In this document: piece after piece, positions 9,000 through 16,013 of the stretch
Layout of the letters: each line of letters begins with the position of its first letter
Position numbering within the stretch: the stretch's first letter is position 1
From: an uncultured Gemmatimonadales bacterium
GTDB taxonomy: Bacteria > Gemmatimonadota > Gemmatimonadetes > Palauibacterales > Palauibacteraceae
Reading direction: 5' to 3'
Assembly: GCA_963783385.1 (NCBI GenBank)
Contig: CAWANJ010000009.1
Location: 211,976-275,975 of the forward strand
Length of the DNA: 64,000 nucleotides
The notes under the pieces: generated by a model
Databases searched by the model: none
Seen by the model: only the letters and a program-made list of their open reading frames with translations
What the model was told of the DNA's origin: nothing
Program-made: the position numbers and the translations under genes

Positions 9000-11048
9000 C
9001 TACAGCAGTCCGCGGCGAATGAGCGCCTCCGCCGGTTGGCGCCAGTCCTCGGGCTCGGCGGTGTCCGCCCAGTCGGGGGGCAGCAAGGAGCGACGCGAAG
9101 ACCAGATCCTCCCGACGCGCCACGCTCTCTGCAGCGTCGCCCACAGGGCCCGCACGCCGGATCGGGTGCCGAGCACGGTGTGCCGCGCCCGATCGGCGTG
9201 ACCGCCGCGGAGCGCCCCGGCGCCCTTCCTCTCGGACAGCGCCAGGTGGGTGGCCGAGCGCACCAGCGCCAGGTGCGTGAAGGCCTGCGGGAAGTTGCCC
9301 AGGAAGGCGCCGGTGTCCGGGTCGATCTCTTCGGAATAGAGGCCCACGTCGTTGGCGTGGCCCAGCAGGTTCTCGAACAGTCGACGCGCCTCCGATTGGC
9401 GTTCCGTCAGGAGCAGGGCGTCCACCAGCCAGAAGCTGCAGATGAGGAACGCCCCCTCCTGGCCCTCGAGTCCGTCGGCGCTGGCGTAGCGGCGGACGAA
9501 GTCGCCCTCCCTGAGCGTCGCTTCGACCCAGCGCACCGTGGCGTCGAGCACGTCCTCGCCCGCCGGAAAGCCCACACCGGGCGTCATGAGCAGGGCGGCG
9601 TCGGTGGCGTTCTCGTCGTAGGCCTGCCGCAGCCCGCCGGTGTCGGGGTCCACGCCCCGGGACAGCACCTCGTCGCGGATCCGGTCCCTGAGCTCCACGG
9701 CGTCCGCGTCCCCGAACATCCGGTGGATGCGGTCGGCGGCCACCCAGCTCATGATCTTGCCGTACACGTGCTGCCTCGGGCCGGAGCGCATCTCCCAGAT
9801 GCCGCGGTCGGGCTCGTCCCAGCGCTCGGCCACGTGGTCCAGGAGCGAGTGTAGGAAGCGCTCACCCTCCTGCGAGAACCGGCCGCCCAGGATCGTATAC
9901 AGCAGGGCCCAGTCGATGACCTCCCCGTACACGTCCAGCTGCTCCTGTCCGTAGGCGTCGTTGCCCACCCGAACCGGACGGCTGCCGCGCCAGCCTTCCA
10001 GGTGGTCGAGCGTCGACTCGGCGAGCTCCGTCTCCCCGAGGATCCCGTACATGATCTGGATCGCCGGACGGGTGGCCTGCGTGGCGCGCATGAGGAACGT
10101 CGAGAAGTCGTGGGCCTCACCGGTGTAGCCGATGGCCGACAGTGCCTGCAGCGTGAGGGTGGAGTCCCTGAGCCAGCAGTACCGGTAGTCCCAGTTCCGT
10201 CGTCCGCGCGGCCACTCGGGGAGGGAGGTGGTGGGGGCCGCCACGATGGCCCCGCTGGGCGCGAAGGTGAGGAGCTTGAGGACGAGGGCGCTCCGCAGGA
10301 CCTCGCTCTCGTAAGGGCCCTCGTACCGACAGTAGTCGGACCACTCCTCCCAGAAGGCCCGGGTGATGTCGTGGAGCCGGTCCACGCGTCGGGCGGGATC
10401 CTCAGCGCGGATCGGCGCCGAGGCCAGCACGAGCCGCCTGCGCTCGGCGGGAGTGGCCGTGAATTCGGCTTCGACGAGCCCGTCTCCGTCTCCGGGTCGC
10501 CAATCGACCTCTCCCCACAGCTCCGGCCCGTCACCGTCGCAACGGACCCGGTCCCCCGCCACCGAGAGGGCCGGCTTGCGGCGCGCGAACTCCGCGGACG
10601 GCCGGCAGCGCACGCGCAGGGGCACGGAGCCCTCGAGGCCGTCCACGACCCTCACGAGCCACGACGGGGTGCGAAGGGTGGTGTAGTCGTGCACGCCGCA
10701 GCCCACGGCGCGTCCCACGGGCATGAAGTCGGTGACCGACACGGAGCCCCGCTCGGTCCGGAACACGGTCCGCAGGAGGTTGGTGCGGGGTTCGTAGGAC
10801 CGGTGCACGGTGTGCTCGACCCGCGGACGGATGGAGAAGAAGCCGCCCCTGCTCCAGTCCAGGATGCGGCAGAGGACGGGGTCCGCGTCGAACCTGCGAA
10901 GGCAGCACCAGTCCACGCTCCCGGCCCGGGAGACCAGCGCCGAGCCGTGACAGTCGCCGATGAGCGCGTACTCTCGCAGGGAAGGGTAGGGGCCGGACTC
11001 CGCGGGGGCGAACCGCGGGTCGGCGCTCCCGGAGGGGGTGTCGGTCAA
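9000..11048 (-). CDS. Glycoside hydrolase family 15 (trehalase/glucoamylase-like)
   Basis: YALIGDCHGSALV, RNWDYRYCWLRD, GIWEMR, GLYSEE and LGNFPQAFTH motifs. TTG start overlaps the glk stop. Confidence 0.92.
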   Translation of the reverse strand: MTDTPSGSADPRFAPAESGPYPSLREYALIGDCHGSALVSRAGSVDWCCLRRFDADPVLCRILDWSRGGFFSIRPRVEHTVHRSYEPRTNLLRTVFRTERGSVSVTDFMPVGRAVGCGVHDYTTLRTPSWLVRVVDGLEGSVPLRVRCRPSAEFARRKPALSVAGDRVRCDGDGPELWGEVDWRPGDGDGLVEAEFTATPAERRRLVLASAPIRAEDPARRVDRLHDITRAFWEEWSDYCRYEGPYESEVLRSALVLKLLTFAPSGAIVAAPTTSLPEWPRGRRNWDYRYCWLRDSTLTLQALSAIGYTGEAHDFSTFLMRATQATRPAIQIMYGILGETELAESTLDHLEGWRGSRPVRVGNDAYGQEQLDVYGEVIDWALLYTILGGRFSQEGERFLHSLLDHVAERWDEPDRGIWEMRSGPRQHVYGKIMSWVAADRIHRMFGDADAVELRDRIRDEVLSRGVDPDTGGLRQAYDENATDAALLMTPGVGFPAGEDVLDATVRWVEATLREGDFVRRYASADGLEGQEGAFLICSFWLVDALLLTERQSEARRLFENLLGHANDVGLYSEEIDPDTGAFLGNFPQAFTHLALVRSATHLALSERKGAGALRGGHADRARHTVLGTRSGVRALWATLQRAWRVGRIWSSRRSLLPPDWADTAEPEDWRQPAEALIRRGLL

Positions 11049-12073
11049 CCCGCGCTCCGCGTCGCCGCCCCGTCTTGTCCGGACGCCTCTTCCCCCCCGT
11101 GCGAGGCGGCCGCGGCGGCGCCCAGCAGTCCGACATCCTCGTCCAGGATGACGCGGACGGGAATGGCCTCCATGTAGGCGCGCATCCGCCCTTTGTCCCG
11201 GAAGGCGTCCATGAAACGTCCGTCGCGGAGAGCCGGGAGGAGTTTGGGAGCGATGCCTCCGGCCACGTACACGCCGCCGCGAGCGCCGATGGTGAGAGCG
11301 ACGTCGCCCGCCACCGCACCGTAGCAGCGCACGAACAGGGACAGGGCCCGCTCGCACAGACGGTCGTCGCCCGCCAGGCCGTGCCTGGAGACCACCGCGG
11401 CCGGATCCTCCTCCTCCATCTCGCCGCGGACTTCGGCGCGTTCGGGAGGGTCGCCTGCCTCCCGCAGGTACCGGTAGATATCAGCGAGGCCGTCACCCGA
11501 CAGGACCCGTTCGCGGGAGGCGCGCCCGTAGCGCTCGGCCAGGAAGGCGGCCAGGCGCCGTTCGACCTCGTCCCGCGGGGCGAAGCCGGCGTGCCCACCT
11601 TCGGACGAGTAGACCCGCGGAGGGTCGATCGAGGGGTCCAGGTAGCCTACCCCGAGGCCCGTTCCCGCGCCGACCAGGCCCACGGGCGCCCCTTCGATCG
11701 GCTCGCCGGGCTGCAGAACGGCGAGCTCCTCTGGATCGAGGAGGAGAACGCCGTGACCAATGGCATCGAAATCGTTCAGGAGGCGCACCCGCCCGATCCC
11801 CGTGGCCCGCTGCAGGTCCTCCTCCGCCACCACCCAATCCAGGTTGGGCAGCCGGCTGCGACCGTCCTCCACGGGCCCGGCCAGCCCGAAGCAGGCCCGC
11901 TCCGGAACGTCCTCCTCTTCGGACAGGAAGGCCTGGACGATGGGCTCGAGGGCGTCGTACTCCGGGCTGGGCCACCGATCCTCGCGGAGCTTCTCGGGCC
12001 GCCGCCCGGAGGAGGCTCCGTAGGTGGCGAGTCGGGCGTGCGTGCCCCCGATGTCGCCCGCCAGCACCTTCAA
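11045..12073 (-). CDS. glk: Glucokinase (Glk family)
   Basis: LAGDIGGTHARL, LLNDF, GAGTGLG, SEGGH, ERVLSG and GGIAP motifs. TTG start overlaps the pgl stop. Confidence 0.93.
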   Translation of the reverse strand: MKVLAGDIGGTHARLATYGASSGRRPEKLREDRWPSPEYDALEPIVQAFLSEEEDVPERACFGLAGPVEDGRSRLPNLDWVVAEEDLQRATGIGRVRLLNDFDAIGHGVLLLDPEELAVLQPGEPIEGAPVGLVGAGTGLGVGYLDPSIDPPRVYSSEGGHAGFAPRDEVERRLAAFLAERYGRASRERVLSGDGLADIYRYLREAGDPPERAEVRGEMEEEDPAAVVSRHGLAGDDRLCERALSLFVRCYGAVAGDVALTIGARGGVYVAGGIAPKLLPALRDGRFMDAFRDKGRMRAYMEAIPVRVILDEDVGLLGAAAAASHGGEEASGQDGAATRSAG

Positions 12074-12855
12074 GGCGCGGGCTCCCCGCCGGGCCGCGCC
12101 AGGCGGGAGGCCGCGGCGGGATCCAGGATCCAGGTGCCGCGTCGTGCCAGCTGGGCGGGGCACACCTCCGGAGCCCACGGCGCCTCGAGGGCGCGCGCCA
12201 CGGCATCGGCTTTCCGCTCCCCACGGGCCAGGACCAGGACGTGGACCGCCGCCTCCAGCACCGGCGGGGTGATCGTCAGGCGGTCCGGGGGGGTCGCGGG
12301 CGCGTGTACCGGCACGACCCGAAGCGTGCGCTCCGACAGGGCCGGAGAGCCCGGAAACAGCGAGGCCGTGTGACCCTCGCGTCCGATGCCGAGCATGAGG
12401 ACGGTGAGCCGGGCGGGGAGCAGGGTGTCGTACGCGCCGGCGGCCGCCTCACGGTCCGGACGCTCGGCCTCCATCCGGTGCACGCGGCCCGCCGGGAGTC
12501 CGAGCGGGTCGAGCAGGGTCTCGCGCGCCATCCGGTAGTTGCTGCGTGGATCCCCCGGCGGCACGCAGCGCTCGTCGCCGAAGAACACGTGCATACGCTC
12601 CCACAGGGGGTCCCGCGCGGTCGCCAGCCAGCGGTACACGGGCTCGGGAGTGGAGCCGCCGGAGAGCGCGACCGAGCCCTCGCCGCCCGACGCCGTGGCC
12701 TCGGCCAGCATCTGCCGCAGGGACACGCCGGCCGTCTCGATCCAGTCTTCGTCGGGGACGACCCGGACGGACCCAGGCAGGGGACCGCCGCTCCGGCCGC
12801 GGACCGCTGCGGTGGCCGCGCGCTCGGCGGAACCGTGCTCGCCTCCCCGCGCCAT
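12070..12855 (-). CDS. pgl: 6-phosphogluconolactonase
   Basis: ALSGGSTP, FFGDERCVP...SNY, LGIGREGHTASLFP and RLTIT motifs. Confidence 0.94.
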   Translation of the reverse strand: MARGGEHGSAERAATAAVRGRSGGPLPGSVRVVPDEDWIETAGVSLRQMLAEATASGGEGSVALSGGSTPEPVYRWLATARDPLWERMHVFFGDERCVPPGDPRSNYRMARETLLDPLGLPAGRVHRMEAERPDREAAAGAYDTLLPARLTVLMLGIGREGHTASLFPGSPALSERTLRVVPVHAPATPPDRLTITPPVLEAAVHVLVLARGERKADAVARALEAPWAPEVCPAQLARRGTWILDPAAASRLARPGGEPAP

Positions 12856-12872
12856 GCGCCGGTCGGCTCCAC

Positions 12873-14432
12873 TCACAGGGTCCGCCAGCTCCGTCCGTCC
12901 CGGGCCAGGAGCTCCTCGGAGGCGGCAGGCCCCCACGACCCGGCCTCATAGTTGGGGAAGTCGGCCGGGGCGGACGACTCCCAGCGGTCGACGAGCGGGT
13001 CCACGACCGACCAGGCCTCGTAGATCCAATCGGCGCGCGCGAACAGTCGCTGGTCCCCCTCCATCACGTCGAGGATCAGCCAGGCATAGGCCCTGGGCGG
13101 CTGGTCGACGCCGAACGCCGTCGCGTATCCGAAGTTCATGGTGACGGGCCGCAGGCGAATGCTGGGACCGGGCTGCTTGGCCACGAACTGCTGCAGGATC
13201 CCCTCTTCCGGCTGCAGCCGGAAGGCCAGGACGTTGCCGCTCAGATCGTCACGGTCGTCCACCTGGAACATGAGGTGGGGCGTGGGCCGGAACTGGATCG
13301 CCACCTCCGTGAGCTTGCGCTTCAGGCGCTTGCCCGTGCGCAGGTAGAACGGGACGCCGGACCAGCGCCAGTTGTCCAGCGTCAGCTTGAGGGCGGCGAA
13401 CGTCGGGGTGGTCGACGAAGGGTCCACGTCCGCTTCCTCCCGGTACCCGACCACCTCCGACCCTCCCATCGTCCCCGGACCGTACTGGCCGCGTACGGCA
13501 TCGCGCCCGGGGTCGAAGGGCGTTACCTGTGCCGCCTGCAGCACCTTGACGGTCTCGTCCCGCAGGGAGCCGGCGTCGAAGGTCACGGGGGGCTCGATGG
13601 TGGTCATGCAGAGAAGCTGGAGCAGGTGGTTCTGCACCATGTCCCGGACCACGCCGGTCTCCTCGTAGAATCCGGCTCGCGTGCCAATGCCGATGTCCTC
13701 GGCGACGGTGATCTGCACGTGGTCCACGTAGTTCCGGTTCCAGATCGGCTCGAAGGCCGGATTGGCGAACCGGAACACGAGCATGTTCTGGACGGTCTCC
13801 TTCCCGAGGAAGTGGTCGATCCTGTAGATCTGCTCTTCGTCGAACACCGCGCGGATGCGGCCATCCAGCTCCCGGGCCGAAGCCCGGTCCTCGCCGAACG
13901 GCTTCTCGATGACCAGGCGGCGCCAGCCGTCCTCGCTGCGGGCGAGCCCGCTCGCGTCGAGGTGCTCGACGATGGGACCGAAGAAGGGCGGAGGGGCGGC
14001 CAGGTGGAAGAAGACGTTGTCCGGGATGCCCCGCTGCTCGCGCACCTCCTCCACCCGCTTCGACAGACGCCCGTAGCCTTCCTCGGACTCGAAGTCGCCG
14101 GCCACGAAGTAGAGGCACCCGGCCAAGCGCCGCCACGTCTCCTCCCGAAAGGAGCATTGCTCCTGCACGGACTTCCGCATCGCCTCGCGGAAAGACTCGT
14201 CGTCGTAGTCGCCCAGCGAGTAGCCGAGCATGGCGAACGGGTCCGGCAGGAGGCCCTTGGTGGCGAGCTCGTACAGCGAAGGGATGAGCTCGCGGTGCGT
14301 CAGATCGCCGGCCGCACCGAAGATGACCATCACGCAAGGGGCCGGCGGGTGGATCTCGCCGAGTCCCGCCTCGGAGGTCTCGATGCCGCGAGGCGGAGTG
14401 CCGGCGGACGGCGGTCCTTCCTTGGCGCCCAC
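12873..14432 (-). CDS. zwf: Glucose-6-phosphate 1-dehydrogenase (atypical cofactor site)
   Basis: GAAGDL, IEKPFG, YRIDHFLGKE, RDMVQNHL and RWSGVPFYLRTGK motifs. GTG 14432 follows an AGGAGG RBS. Confidence 0.96.
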   Translation of the reverse strand: MGAKEGPPSAGTPPRGIETSEAGLGEIHPPAPCVMVIFGAAGDLTHRELIPSLYELATKGLLPDPFAMLGYSLGDYDDESFREAMRKSVQEQCSFREETWRRLAGCLYFVAGDFESEEGYGRLSKRVEEVREQRGIPDNVFFHLAAPPPFFGPIVEHLDASGLARSEDGWRRLVIEKPFGEDRASARELDGRIRAVFDEEQIYRIDHFLGKETVQNMLVFRFANPAFEPIWNRNYVDHVQITVAEDIGIGTRAGFYEETGVVRDMVQNHLLQLLCMTTIEPPVTFDAGSLRDETVKVLQAAQVTPFDPGRDAVRGQYGPGTMGGSEVVGYREEADVDPSSTTPTFAALKLTLDNWRWSGVPFYLRTGKRLKRKLTEVAIQFRPTPHLMFQVDDRDDLSGNVLAFRLQPEEGILQQFVAKQPGPSIRLRPVTMNFGYATAFGVDQPPRAYAWLILDVMEGDQRLFARADWIYEAWSVVDPLVDRWESSAPADFPNYEAGSWGPAASEELLARDGRSWRTL

Positions 14433-14436
14433 CCTC

Positions 14437-15336
14437 CTACTCCTTCCGGACGGCGTGGCCGCCGAACTGGTTGCGGAGCGCGGCGATGGTCCGGTAGGCG
14501 AAGCGCTCCTCGGTTCGGGAGTCGAAGCGCTCGAACAGCGCCGTGGCGATCGCCGGGACCGGAACCGCCTTCTCGAGCGCGAAGTCCACGGTCCAGCGGC
14601 CCGTGCCGGAGTCGTCCACGTAGGGCGCGATGTCACCGAGGTCGTTCCCCTCCTCCTCGAAGGCGTCCTCGAGGAGCTCGAGCAGCCAGCAACGGATGAC
14701 CGAGCCGTGCTGCCACACCGACGCGATCTGCTCGAGGTCCAGGTCCCAGTCCGATGCCTGCAGGCACTCGAACCCCTCGCCGATCGCCTGGAGCATGGCA
14801 TACTCGATCGCGTTGTGGACCATCTTCACGAAATGGCCGGCTCCGCTGGGTCCGACGTGGGCGTAGCCCTCCTCCGGGGCCAGCGTGGCGAGCAGGGGCT
14901 CGACGCGCTCGAACGCCTCGTGCGGTCCGCCGATCATCATGCAGTAGCCGATCTTCAGCCCCCACACCCCTCCGCTCACCCCGATGTCCAGGAAGTGGAC
15001 GCCGCGAGCCTCGCATGCCTTCGCGTGCGCGATCGAGTCCGGGTAATGGGAGTTGCCTCCGTCGATGAGAATGTCGTCCGCGTCGAGGTGAGGCAGGATC
15101 TCCTTGATCGTGCTTCTGGTCGGCTCGCCGTGCGGAACCATGACCCAGACGATCCGTGGCGCCTCGAGGGCTCCCACGAGCCCCTCGAGCGAATCGACCC
15201 CCTCGGCCCCGGCCTCCTCGGCCTTCTTCACGTTCTCCCCGGACAGGTCGTAGCCGACCACGTCGTGACCGTCCTGCACGAGGCGGCGGACCATGTTGCC
15301 GCCCATCCGTCCCAATCCTATCAGCCCCATCTTCAT
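14437..15336 (-). CDS. gnd: 6-phosphogluconate dehydrogenase, decarboxylating, short (YqeC/GndA) type
   Basis: GLGRMG, DGGNS, SGGVWG, GHFVKMVHNAIEY, DSGTGRW and LRNQFGGH motifs; 299 aa. Confidence 0.95.
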   Translation of the reverse strand: MKMGLIGLGRMGGNMVRRLVQDGHDVVGYDLSGENVKKAEEAGAEGVDSLEGLVGALEAPRIVWVMVPHGEPTRSTIKEILPHLDADDILIDGGNSHYPDSIAHAKACEARGVHFLDIGVSGGVWGLKIGYCMMIGGPHEAFERVEPLLATLAPEEGYAHVGPSGAGHFVKMVHNAIEYAMLQAIGEGFECLQASDWDLDLEQIASVWQHGSVIRCWLLELLEDAFEEEGNDLGDIAPYVDDSGTGRWTVDFALEKAVPVPAIATALFERFDSRTEERFAYRTIAALRNQFGGHAVRKE

Positions 15337-15339
15337 CGT

Positions 15340-15996
15340 CTAACTTCCTTCCTCGGTTTCATCGTCGACATCGTCGTCCACTCCCGTCAGCTCGACCCCC
15401 ACGTCCCGGAGCCCCCGGGCCACCGCGCCGGCGCCGTCCGCCAGCACGGCCCGCAGGCCGACCTCGCGCGCCACGAACACGTTCTCCTCGCGATCGTCCA
15501 CGAAGGCGACCCGATCCGGGTCGAGCCCCGCGATGTCCAGGGCTATGTGGAAGATGCGTTCCGCGGGCTTGCGCACGCCCAGGTAGCAGGAGCTGAAGAA
15601 GGCCTCGAACAGGGCGTTGAGGCCGAAGCGCCGGATGCGGTATTCGTTGAGCTCGCGTGATTCGTTGTTGAGCGTGGCGAGCCGCACGCCGCCCGAGTCC
15701 CGGAGCCGGCCCACGAGGTCGAGCACGTCCCGGTGAGGCTTCGAACGCTCTCGCATGAAGCCCTCGAAGTCGTCCCTCGAGAAGGACCGGTCCCGGTAGA
15801 ACACGGTGTGGTCCAGGTAGAACGCCAGCCCGAGCTCGCCCCGCTCGAACTCGGCGTACAGGGCGTCGTGCCGCCGCTCGAGCTCGTCGTAGTCCAGAGA
15901 GAAGTGCTCTGCGGCGGCCCGCCGCGAGGCGTGATCCCAGCCGTTGGTGAGGCACACCCCGCCCACGTCGAAGAAGACGGCGAGGGGGGAGGCCAT
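15340..15996 (-). CDS. HAD-IA family phosphatase (YihX-like)
   Basis: FFDVGGV (motif I), LNNE, GVRKP and FVDD motifs. Confidence 0.88.
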   Translation of the reverse strand: MASPLAVFFDVGGVCLTNGWDHASRRAAAEHFSLDYDELERRHDALYAEFERGELGLAFYLDHTVFYRDRSFSRDDFEGFMRERSKPHRDVLDLVGRLRDSGGVRLATLNNESRELNEYRIRRFGLNALFEAFFSSCYLGVRKPAERIFHIALDIAGLDPDRVAFVDDREENVFVAREVGLRAVLADGAGAVARGLRDVGVELTGVDDDVDDETEEGS

Positions 15997-16013
15997 GGCC
16001 GCGCTCCGCCGAT

